From: Eledone cirrhosa
Taxonomy: Eukaryota
Assembly: GCA_964016885.1 (NCBI GenBank)
Contig: OZ024746.1
Location: 69,316,001-69,380,000 of the forward strand
Direction: 5' to 3'
Length of the DNA: 64,000 bases
A program made the position numbers and the translations under genes. Positions 51,699 to 64,000 of this stretch are shown here, piece after piece. Position 1 is the first letter of the stretch. Every line of letters starts with the position of its first letter. The notes beneath the pieces are model-generated. The model searched no databases, was not told the DNA's origin, and saw only the letters and a program-made list of their open reading frames with translations.

Positions 51699-51932
51699 TA
51701 CCCATCTGCCAGATAGTTGAACGTTCGAAAGTATATACTTTCCTTATGAAAATTAACGGCTGAGCAGCCTAATTTGCATATTGAGTGAGTTAAATCGGTC
51801 AGGCATACCGAAAACGATAAGTTGAAAAAAATGAAAACGAAATTTCATTTCTCACTCTTAGTATGGCACTTACTTAAATGTAAGTATGTATGTATACGTA
51901 CATACATATATGTATACAGACGTACAGTAGCA

Positions 51933-51982
<50 letters not shown>

Positions 51983-52201
51983 TATATACACATATGCATA
52001 CAGGTACACATACATATATGCACGCATCAGTTTAGCCGACGTTTATTATAACGCCTGCTTTGTTCGTTTGTTTGTCAACAAATCGAACAGCCTGAATTTA
52101 TGCCATTTAACTCACTCAATATGCAAATTAGGCTGCTCAGCCGTTAATTTTCATAAGGAAAGTATATACTTTCGAACGTTCAACTATCTGGCAGATGGGT
52201 A

Positions 52202-52246
52202 AACGGTGCTGATGATAGCTAACAAGCTTGAAACTAGTACATCGTT
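52202..52246 (+). ncRNA. minimal type I hammerhead ribozyme
   Basis: aacggtg CTGATGA tagctaacaagctt GAAA ctag TA catcgtt. Confidence 0.85.
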
Positions 52247-52555
52247 CCTGTGTCAGTGTTGAACAAAAAGGTGACGTGGTTGCCTTAACACCGTATGGCA
52301 TAAATTCAGGCTGTTCGATTTGTTGACAAACAAACGAACAAAGCAGGCGTTATAATAAACGTCGGCTAAACTGATGCGTGCATATATGTATTTGTACCTG
52401 TATGCATATGTGTATATATATATGTATATATATATATATATGCATGCTACTGTACGTCTGTATACATATATGTATGTACGTATACATACATACTTACATT
52501 TAAGTAAGTGCCATACTAAGAGTGAGAAATGAAATTTCGTTTTCATTTTTTTCAA

Positions 52556-52703
<148 letters not shown>

Positions 52704-53654
52704 AATTTGAAAACAATAATCTATTTATTGAATATATAATGTAAATACAGTTTAATAGAAAAAGAAAAAAAGAGTTTAGATTGAAAAGAAAGAATGGAAT
52801 TTAAAATAGGAAATTATAAAGAAAAAAAATAATCCGGAAAAGGGGAGGGAAAGGCAAGGACTCTAGTGTCACATAAGAATGGGGGGGGGGCTGATTTGGC
52901 TAAGGCCTAAGGATCGATGGAAATAGTGGTGAAGCCCGTAAGATGGATTCAATTCAGAAATGCCTCCACCGCCGCTGTACAAGCATAATGATATAACATA
53001 AAATAAAATAAGTTCAAGACTCACTGGTGCTAAGCAAGATATGGGGCGTATAATCTTCTCTGATATGTTTTTAAATGTAGAATTTGAAGTGGGAGTGCCT
53101 TGCTAAACAACGTGGATTATATCGGCAACGAAAACAGCGATGTCTATTAGGGAGTTACACCTGTTTAAGTAACAGACCCGTCAACTCTCCCCGTCCGACG
53201 GGGAGATCTTCCACCCACTTTGGGGTGGGTGAGAGATGTCTTTTCTTGTGAAAATGGGTATAGTTTTCATTATGTAAAATCTCCCCATTTTGCCTTATTT
53301 CTCCCCGTTTTGGAGCACTTTTTTCATGGTACTCCTCATTTGGGATTTTAGGGGTCGGCAAGGTCTGAATTAACATCTAGAAAATTCAAGAAAATGAGTA
53401 GCGTTTTTATTAAACTGATCCAGATAACTTTCTTCTATAAGATTTACACCTATTCCTAACTAAGATAGGGGGAATTAACAGCTTTGTTCGGAGTCAATTG
53501 AACAATCCACCAGCTGGTAGTTCAATACTATCGACACATATTCTGATCCTTCGAATATATTGATTTAAGGATTGAACATCATTTATCTGACTCTTATCTT
53601 TTCACCTACCAAGTTAGGTTAGTCCTACCCAGGTATAAACAATATATATATGCG

Positions 53655-53945
53655 ACAGGAAATGGCTTAGTGGCTAGGGTGTCGGGTTTACAATCGTGAG
53701 GTCGTGAGTTCAAGTCTCGGCCCTGGCTTTGCATTGTGTTCTTGAGCAAGACACTTTATTTAACGTTGCTTCTATTCACTTAGCTGTAGAAATGAGCTGC
53801 GACGTCACTGGTACCAAGCTGTATCGGACTTTGGCTTTCCCTTGGACAACATTGGTGGCGTGGAGAGGGAAAGCTGGTATGCATGAGCGACTGCTGATCT
53901 TCCACAAACAACCTAGCCCGGACTTGTGCCTCGGAGTGGAACTTT
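53655..53945 (+). mobile_element. CORE-like tRNA-derived SINE
   Basis: tggcttagtggctag (A box), gagttcaagtc (B box), ttcttgagcaagacacttta. Confidence 0.8.
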
Positions 53946-54178
53946 ACCTTTTTTTTTATCCAGGTATTAATATAACTAGCTGAAGAATTATCTAGATTAC
54001 TTGAAGAAAAGTAAAACATGTAAAAGAATAAGAAATCCTCTGTTTAGTCGTTCGAGCTGCTGGAAATACGCAGCCAAATCTTCTACAAATCAAATACCGT
54101 GTCGTTAAAAAAAAGATATTTTCCGTTCCTTCCTCTTCTCACTATACCTTTCTATTTCATCTTTTATTTCTCATTCTA

Positions 54179-54214
54179 TCTTCTGATGAAGGACTAGCAT
54201 CCGAAACGTTAAGA
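54179..54214 (+). ncRNA. minimal type I hammerhead ribozyme (PLE pseudo-LTR type)
   Basis: tctt CTGATGA a gga-ctagca-tcc GAAA cg TT aaga; ACGT palindrome. Confidence 0.75.
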
Positions 54215-54340
54215 CTCTTTTCCTACTATATCAAGCGTAAAACTAATATATTTCTTCATTGCACTGTATTATATGCTTTGTTGTTTCCGTTTACTTTTCG
54301 CATACAGACACACGTACACACACATACACGCATATATTTA

Positions 54341-54454
<114 letters not shown>

Positions 54455-54491
54455 ATGTATATACAAATATATATATATATATATATATATA

Positions 54492-57400
54492 AACCGAAAT
54501 TGAACTCCTTAAATTGAGAGCCCAAGCAAATGAAGATAGGATCAAATCAATCGACGATGAGATTAATCTACCAATTATCGATATAACCAAAGACACCACC
54601 CTAGAAAATATTTCAAAATTATGGTTAGAGGACTGTAATAAGGAAGAATTAAAATCCCTTCAACGTTGGGAAATAAATGAAACCTGGTTCTCTAACTATG
54701 AAACACTTTTCCAAAAAGAACACACATCCAAGAACCCCTTCATTAAAACCACAATAACAAGAAAACTCAATCAACACCCAAACACCACACAACAACCAAC
54801 AACAACAAAAAAAAAAACCAATATCTCCCCACATACCAACAAAAGAAGGCATCACCTCGCCCCTACCTCCTACATCCTCCACACAACTACCACACGGACT
54901 CCCAAGCAACAAATATAGTAATAGAGAAACATCAGCTACAAGATAGACACTACAACTTCTCTCCCACCAGGAGAAACCATAAAATCCCCCACACTTACAA
55001 CCCCTCCTAACATCCCCACACAACAAACCCACAACCATCATTACTTCCAACATAGAACCCAAAATACACAACTACCACACATGTCACACAGGGCCTCACA
55101 ACCACACACCAGCTATAAGGAAACCCTAATCTACCCTCCCCCACTAACCACATCCTACTACAACAACACCAGCAAGGGACAATACAACCACACGAGACAC
55201 TCTAACCACTACAACCACCATAGCTACACACCATATAACAAAACAACAGGACTCAATATGACCACACAAGACAACCCTACTACAACTATCACCAAGTCTA
55301 CACACCCTACAACAACAGCAGTGCTCAACACAACCATACGATACAACACAACTTCACCAACCACCACAACTTCACACCCTATAATCACGTCCATCAAATC
55401 TACACACCCTACAACAACATCAGCAGGGCTCAATACAACCACACGATACAACCTAAACTCAACAACCACCACAGCTACACACCATCTTACAACAACAGCA
55501 GGGACCAATACAACTATAAGAGACATCCAAACTTCAACAGCCATCACAACTTCCGTAATCATTTTTTAGACACAGTACACAGACACAGGATTACAAGATA
55601 ACACAAAACACACAGGAAACACAAAATGCAATAAAAATTGTCAATTTAACCTCTAAAGAATTAACAATAGAACAAATCAACATACTCTCCAAAGGTCTAA
55701 AATTTATACCAACTCCCCAACAACTAAACTACCCCGAAATGAAGGAAGATATTGCAGAATTCTGTAGAAAACTAAGACTCAGCGAACAACTATACGACAA
55801 ATGCAATGAGGATGACTCAATAGCCAGAAATAGAAGCAACTACACCCCACCAAAAGGCAAGAATAAATTCCTCGATCAATTTTGCGAACACATTATTACC
55901 CATACCACCACCTACACAGACATAAACAAAAACCAAACCTAAGCAAAAAAGAATGGAATGGTCTTAACAGTCTAAAAAACGACAAAACCCTAACAATCAA
56001 AGAGGAAGATAAAGGGAGTGCAGTAGTCCTTATGGAGACAGATTATTACACAACTCTAGTACTCTCAACTCTAGAAAACCAAACATATTATGAAAAGGCC
56101 CAACATTACACACAACAGAAAATAATGAGAAACCTAAAATCCCTAACAACCCTTTACAAAGAAGGCCTTACAGACAAGGAATACAACTACATCACTAATT
56201 TCAAAAGCAGAACCAGCCTCTTCTACGGTATACCCAAGACACACAAAAGCGAAGTAATAGGCAGGGCCTGCAAGCAAGCCACAGAACGTTTACATCAATA
56301 TAGCTCCTCCTGATGACCTTAAATTAAGACCCATAATAGCAGGCACCACATGTGAAACCCACCGCCTAAGCAACTTCCTAGATATTCTGCTTAAACCTTT
56401 CCTAAAACACATAAAAAGCTTCATAAGGGACGACCTTGACATGCTCAACCACCTCCCAACAACACTCAATAATGAACATACCCTACTAGTAGCCTTTGAT
56501 GTCATCAATTTATATTCCAATATCCCACACAACCTAGGTATAGAGACAATAGAATTCTGGATGGAAAATTTCCCTAGTGAACTCCCACAGCGCATCCCTA
56601 AAGAATTCAATGCCAAATACTACAGTCAGATATCTGGGACTGCCATGGGCACGAAAGTGGCCCTCTCATACGCCAACCTTGTCATGGGATATTTGGAAAC
56701 CACTCTCTACCGCAAAGTTCTAGACAAATACGGCAACCACTTCTACCAACACAGAAAAGAACTGGAAGAGATATCTGGACGACTGCTTCATCCTCTGGCA
56801 TGAAAGTATAGATAGACTGTTTGAGTTTAAAACCCTTCTGAATGGACTCAACACAAACTTACAATTCACAATGGATTACAGCCTTGAATAACTCCCTTTC
56901 CTCGACATCATCATCAAGAAAACAAGCAACAAAATAAAAACAAACGTATACTACAAACCCACAGACTCCAAAAAATACCTTCCATTCAACTCGTGTCACC
57001 CTAGACACACCAAAATGGCAATTCCTTATAACCTAGCCAGAAGGATCTGCACAATAGTTTCAGCTAAATACACATGCTACACACGACTAGAAGAATAAAA
57101 AAAACATACTTATCAGCAGAAACTACCCACCATCCCTAATCAACAATGGATTCCAACGTGCCCTAAAACTAGACATCCAGGAACTCAGACACCCCAAACC
57201 CAGGAATGAACTGCAACAAAAAACTCTATCGTACATCTCCACACACAACCCCCTCAACAATGAGGCATTCGACACCATCCTCCAGAACATTCCTTTACTA
57301 AAAAGAGACCCAAGAATGAACAAAATCCTCCAAACTCACAACATCATAAAGTGCAAAAGACAACCTAAATCCATAAAAACATTCTCACACAAGCCAAAAT

Positions 57401-58400
57401 CCAACAAACCCTCACAATGAACCCTACAGTAACAAAATGTGGAAGGCCCAACTATATGCATAAATCTAATAGAAGGTTCAACATTCCATAAACAAGGACA
57501 GCGTTTCACAGTTAAACACAACTTTACATGTGCATCTGAAAACCTAATCTATGTTTTGACCTGCTCAGGTTGTCAAGAGCACTACATAGGACAGACAAAA
57601 AACAGCCTCCATCAACGTATGACCGTCCATAAATCACAAATTAAAATACAGGAATACAGAAAGATTGCGTTTAGTGAATATATCGCCAATTGTGCACCCA
57701 ACCAACATCCAAACTTTAAAATTTTCCCCATTTACAAATTCATAGACAACGCTACTTTCATCCAACGTACCAATAAGGAAACATATTTCATTAACAAATT
57801 CCAACCTCTACTTAATTCTCTAAAAATCGGACCAATCTAAAACTGCAACAAACAATCAAACATTTACAAGAGTTACCTCCCTCACACCATACCTAATCCT
57901 TTTTCTTAAATAAATTAAATATCATCCAGCAAGAATTGCTTCCCCCTGCATCTCTAAAAAGGGAAATCATATCAAACCTCAGTCCACCATTTGCCTGCAT
58001 CATGGAATCATGGATCAATTAAGCACCCTTGCTATATTAACACATTTTAATCTGCTTAACTTCAAGAACTATGCTGTAAATAACATTTTTTCTTCCACAT
58101 TGACTTTTTATGCTCTACATTATGCCCGTTTTTTTTCTTTTTTCTTTTTTCTTTTCACTTCATAAACCTTGTTTGTAAATAACATTATTCTTTCTGCACC
58201 TTCTCTTTAACATGTGTGACACCACACTAATACATTTCACTATTATTTGATAATGCATAAAAATGCTGAAACCGGTAATAGACAATTATTAAATATATAA
58301 ATAGATAAATAAATGCCATTGTTAAATAAATAAATAAATCAAATAATACCTTAACACTTCACACAAAATAAAACATTTCGTTTTAATCATTTTCTAACCC
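54492..58400 (+). mobile_element. Penelope-like retroelement (Neptune-like), RT plus GIY-YIG, frameshifted
   Basis: NLTSKELT..QINILSKGLKFIPTP, IKEEDKGSAVV, FYGIPKTHK, LRPIIAG, FDVINLYSNIPH, GTAMGT, LPFLDI, FTCASENLIYVLTCSGCQEHYIGQT..L.QR...H. Confidence 0.92.
58244..58280 (+). ncRNA. degenerate hammerhead in the 3' pseudo-LTR of the Penelope element
   Basis: tat TTGATAA t-gcat-aaaa-atgc-t GAAA ccgg TA ata; two core substitutions. Confidence 0.5.
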
Positions 58401-58483
58401 AGAAGAGAGAGAGAGAGAGAGAGAGAGAAACAAAAAAGGAAAAACAAATAATTTTCTTCCTAATAATCGTCTCTTTCTCCCTG

Positions 58484-58563
<80 letters not shown>

Positions 58564-58638
58564 ACGGAGGAAATGTGGTAAGGAACCAGAATTAGCCGTC
58601 GAAACGGCTTGAGCTCAGCCGTCGGGGTCCTACTCGTT

Positions 58639-58706
<68 letters not shown>

Positions 58707-59134
58707 TAATGGTAGCTAAGATGCTTCCATGGGCGGTATGCCGGTTGAGCACTCTATGCTCCTACGGAGCAGAGTATGATAGAAGGGAAAACGAAAAATA
58801 AGTGATTCATCGGAACTCAATTTATTGTGTTACAATTGTTTCCCCGGCGAACAGCTCGAGGTGCGATCCGTGTGTGGATCGACCTGACTCTAGACTCGCA
58901 GGTTCCTCGGACACGTCTGTTGATTTCGGAGTATATCCTCTTTCTGGGGTTTCTGACCCTACGGGTCTATATCGTCCACCTTCATCCGCTTTGCACGTCC
59001 TTGGGTTGGTCACTGGTTAGTGACGTCATCATTATTCTGAACACTGACAGCAGCCCGCTGACCATCAGGACGTGAGCTGTCACTCACCCACTGTCCCGTC
59101 GGCAAAATTACTGCTGTTTGCCACCTCCCACTCC

Positions 59135-59795
<661 letters not shown>

Positions 59796-59799
59796 CCAA

Positions 59800-61560
59800 A
59801 GATTATATGGTTCGTTGATTACTCAATGAATATAATTTTACAATAGATTAAAAGCATTCAACAGTAAAGTTTTCCTGGAGTTTTTAATATTATTCAAAAT
59901 ATTAACAAATGAAAGATATTCACATAATCAAAATATATGCTTTATTATATATATTTCAAAGGTACTGTGTTTTTTTTTTGAGTACGTCTTCATCAGATAA
60001 AATATATGATTTGATATATGACATACCGCTACGGTCTTGATTATACAATTATACAATTCCAGATATACACACATCTACACACATAAAAAAATATAAGAAA
60101 AGCATATAAAGATACACATTGGGCTGTACATGCAAAAATGCACCTTGATGTACGTGCTGATAGAGTTGATATTATGTTGCCAACGAGGATTAATCCACGT
60201 ATAGACACCTCAAGCAAGGCTACATATGGGAAGTTCATGGTATTAATGTAAAGGGGATGCCCAGACCGTATATAGAATATGCATGCAGGATATATAAAAA
60301 AAAAATATGCAGAATATATAAACAAATACATATATCTGAATTATATAAGAAAAGTATACAAAGATACACATTGGTTTGTACATGGAAAAATACATGGGGT
60401 GTTACATAATGGAGTGCGTCGAGAATATACCACTGAAAAAATACACATGCAGGGAGTGCGTGAATCGCCCATATTGGAGCATGTCACTGTGGGTGAGATA
60501 GAGTGTATTATCGATGTATGGTACGGGACTGAATATCCGTGGAAGTTGAACCACTGTGTCTCAGGTCATGCGATGTCGTCGCCTAGGAAGACGTGCCGAG
60601 TCCGATAGGCAGCATAGGTTGCGTCGACTTACCCCACATGGCATACATAGTCAACAAGGTATGGTGTCTGTTCCTTGGACCCGCGCCGCCCCTCGGACCG
60701 GCGTGCGCTTTCCCGCATGCCTTTAGCTTGGGCTGTCCGGTTTTTTCCATGCGGAGAATGTGCACCTTCTCTGGTGTCCGCACGTCATGATAATCTCCGA
60801 TTTCAGGTTGACCGCATTACCCTTCAATCTGACTATCTCCATGGCCTCGGATAGGCATAGCCTACACTTCTTATTTCCAGCCGAATATGCATTTGCATGT
60901 AGAACGATACTCCAGTTGAGATCATACGGGGTGCCGTTGTCTTTCAAGTCCCATATTAGGTCCGCCAGCCTAGCTCCGGTCCTTGAAAGAGTTTGTGTGA
61001 TTATACATCTTCGATTTAAAGGTGGTGGATGTTGCTCCGATGTAGGAGCTCTTAATGTTATGCGTGTTAACCACACATTTATATTCTAGGCCGTTCGTTA
61101 GACATCTTCCCTGCAGGGGGATTGTGTGCCCGCTCTGCAGTTACATGTTTGGTCGTTATCTTGCTCATTTCCAACGCTGGGCCCTTGGTCTACTACGGCA
61201 CTTCCCCGATTCTCTGGGTGTTGTTGTGTCGGTGCGGTGGGCTCCCCTCCGTCACTCAGTTCCGCCCGGCATTCGATTACAGTGTCTTCCGCGGGCATGG
61301 CGGCCACCGCGGGGACCGGAGTATAGCTGGAAACCCTGTCTGCAAGGGGCCCTCCGTGCCCCGCCGGACTGTCAGTCGCTCGCGGCTGTTGACGGTCGAG
61401 TTTCCCCAGCTTCACCGCGTTGGTTTTGGCCATGTAGTCTGCCATGTTAGGTGCAGTGGAGAAGGAGAACTTCACCGTGTGGCGGCTGAATACCCTGTGG
61501 TACCTGCCCGACGGCGGGAAGCCCTCGTACAACGCTCGGAAGAAGAGGCCTGGTTCATTG
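59800..61560 (-). mobile_element. 5'-truncated Penelope-like element (Naiad-like): RT thumb, Cys linker, GIY-YIG, 3' pseudo-LTR; bounded by (TA)n
   Basis: FP..GRYHRVFSRHTVKFSFST.PNM, TCNCR..T, then (frameshifted) CLTNGLEYKC...SYIGAT..TFK.K.YNH..SF, LIWDLKD, CRLCLSE, LKSEII.TCGH. Confidence 0.8.
59941..60003 (-). ncRNA. hammerhead-like core in the PLE 3' region
   Basis: minus strand CTGATGA aga.gtact...agtac.ttt GAAA tata TA; stem I register imperfect. Confidence 0.5.
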
Positions 61561-61639
61561 CTGCATATATATATATATATATAGATAGATAATGTATATA
61601 TACATATATATTATTCATTCCAAGCAAGGCAAACAAAAC

Positions 61640-62140
61640 TACTAAAATGTTACAATACCATGGGTTACTGAGAGGGAGAAGAACAAGACAGAGAGATCAT
61701 AATTCAAGGAGAGAGATGACGACTGATGTTTCTGTGAATTTTCATAAATTCTAGTGCACAGGAAAGCAAAAAAAAAAAAAAGAGAAAAAAACCGGAAAAG
61801 AATTCCATCGGCGAGATGTGCGAAGGAAGAAACTATCAGAATAGAATTTACGATTGCATTTAGGAATTTCAACTGTAAATGGATGAGACTTAGCCAGCAA
61901 TCTAGTGCTCCATTTAAACTCATGAAGATGAGGCCATGAGGAGGAAGTTCATCAGAACAATTCCCATGAAAATATTTATAAAAAAAGGCACAGAGAGGCA
62001 ACATTTCGACAGTGAGATAATGATTGAAGCTGACATGATAAGTCAGGACCAATAATGTTGACGATTCTTCTCTGGATCTTATCTAGACTCTTAAGGTTCA
62101 CAGCAGAAGCTCCAGAGCAGATGTAACAACAGTAAATATG
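61640..62140 (-). mobile_element. CR1/Jockey-like LINE 3' fragment
   Basis: minus frames give YCCYICSGAS..NL, LDKIQRRIVNIIGP, RNVASLC, FYKYFHGNCSDEL. Confidence 0.7.
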
Positions 62141-62958
62141 ATATAATCGATTTAAAATAGCTGTTTAAGTTTCTATCCTAACATGGCCGCATTCCAATAG
62201 TTGAAACGTGTAAAAGAATATATAAATGTTGTCCCCCGCCCATGGTAGTTGACAAAACAATTCATTTTCTCAGCGTAGGTCTTTCTTTAACGACAACATA
62301 AAAACTTGATGACAGACCACATGTTACCTGACTCATTCATATAATCTATATATCTATGTGTCTATCACAAACAGATCACTTCTGTATGAATGAATATTGT
62401 TTATTCTATACGTGTGCATGTGTGTGGGAGTCTGCGTATGTGTTTGTTTGTGCGTGTGTGTGTGTTGTTGGGTGTGCGTGGGTTGCATGTTCATGTGTCT
62501 ATTTTCATGCGTATAGGTGGACTGCAAGTGCTCCCTCACACACACACACACGCACATTGTCACACACGTTATCCCATATATTCATTTATTTTTTTTCTGA
62601 GTTTAGTTACAGGATTGTGGCCATGCTGGGGCACTACTTGCAGGGTTCTAGTGATTGACAGTATGCCTCCATACTTTTTTTTTTATTGATATCGATTCAT
62701 TGAATTGTTAACTGGTTAAATTATATATTTGACATAAATGGCCACAATAGGGCACAGGAATAGGGCACGTCTTTTTGTTTTGCTCCTGCATTTTGTCGGA
62801 ATTTATTACGAGAAGCGGTAGGTTTATTTAAGCTACTTGTTATTTGTTGTGTTTAACCCCTCGCCTAGGCCTGCAGACGTTGGGTAAAATAAATTTCGCC
62901 CTTTTTTGGGGCGAAATTTGATAGTTATAAGTTATTGATAAAAAGTCGTTTAGTGACA

Positions 62959-64000
62959 ATGGACGTCATTAACACGACACATGCCACGCCCCCCAAGGAA
63001 AGTGATAGAGAGAAGGTAGCAGCACAACGCTGTAAGCCTTCCCTCCTCACTCCCGTACAAGACACCACGGAATCAAAAGAAAAAATTGTCGAAATGGGTG
63101 AAAACCCCAAAAGTAACAATTACACAAACAAGAACAACAATAACAATAACAACACAACCAACAAGAACAACAATGACAATAACAACACAACCTACAACAG
63201 CAATAATGACAACACCAACAAAGGAAAAAAGCAAGCCAACACGAATAACAACAACAACAACAATGATAACAACACGAAAGAAAACGGACCCACAGCTGCA
63301 GTCTCCTTCACACAGGCAGTTCGAGAAACGCAGACATACAAGGCACTGGACATCTGGAATGCCAAGAAATTGGTGAAAGAAGCAAGGAATTGTGTAAGTT
63401 TCGGGGAAGGTGGGGAATTCACAATTACCTCCCCCGAAGAAATTAGAAGAGACACAATCCTCAGGACCGTAATTTTTAGGACAGTTTCGAACGCGACTAG
63501 GAAACCGGCTCAGTTGTCCCAAAGCGAAATTGAGCTGGTCCTAAGTAGTGCCTGGAAGGATATCGCTTTCATACAGAAAGGGAAACTGTATGGAAGCATA
63601 TCTGTTTTAATGCAAGATGAATTGGCGCCAATTGTATCCAAAGCATACACCTTTTCCCCCACATATTTGGGGAAAAGAACTCAAAAGATAAGAATCTCGG
63701 GCATCAGGCCAAATGTGAGCATTTGGTGGTTGCTAACGGGATTCTTAGAAGATGAGGACACAATCCTTTCGATAGGCGAATCCAGCGGGGCGTATTCAGC
63801 GGCAAAAGCCTTGAAGTTCTGGTCCAAATGAGACCAGAACGGATAGCAAGAATACCGCATCGTGTGTCCCTGGTTGGAGTCGCCTTCATAAACATTTCTG
63901 TTGAGGGCAGGCGACCTTCATGCTACCACTGTTCAAGAAGTGGTCACCTGAGGGCTTCTTGTCCCCTTTTAAATGCCCCCCCCCCCCAAAAAAAAAAGAC
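62959..64000 (+). mobile_element. L1/Tx1-like LINE ORF1 (Asn-rich N-terminus, CCHC knuckle), frameshifted, running off the window
   Basis: ORF 62935-63831 (PTYLGKRT..IRI.GI), then EGRRPSCYHCSRSGHLRASC at about 63903-63962. Confidence 0.7.

Noticed and set aside
55081-55569. Mucin-like Thr-rich host gene
   Set aside because: It is continuous with the A/C-skewed N-terminal region of the Penelope ORF
60723-61532. Selenocysteine recoding as reported for some Naiad PLEs
   Set aside because: The breaks I traced are frameshifts with TAA/TAG; no in-frame TGA at Cys positions and no SECIS identified

Overview
AT-rich, repeat-dense animal genomic DNA. The SINE families and dense (TA)n/(CA)n/(TATG)n/(TAA)n microsatellites suggest an octopus or other cephalopod (inference). 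One intact host-like gene is visible: an intronless, divergent EB1/MAPRE-like ORF (11226-12323). The rest is mostly transposon debris: R4/Dong-type LINEs with a restriction-like endonuclease (RLE) sitting in (TACA)n or (TAA)n arrays, a GC-rich internally deleted RTE LINE, two Penelope-like elements (PLEs), LTR, CR1 and L1/Tx1 fragments, many tRNA-derived SINEs, and hAT and Helitron-like non-autonomous elements. The main discovery candidate is a non-coding ~460-bp unit. It occurs as a ~6-copy tandem array (19107-21873) and as a tandem-plus-inverted cluster (51408-52557). Each complete unit carries a minimal type I hammerhead ribozyme with a palindromic stem III, and the arrays are bounded by (TA)n, which fits a retrozyme-like or Penelope-mobilised self-cleaving RNA. 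Several other hammerheads and fold-back inserts lie next to (TA)n tracts. All calls were made by eye; no database search or folding program was run.
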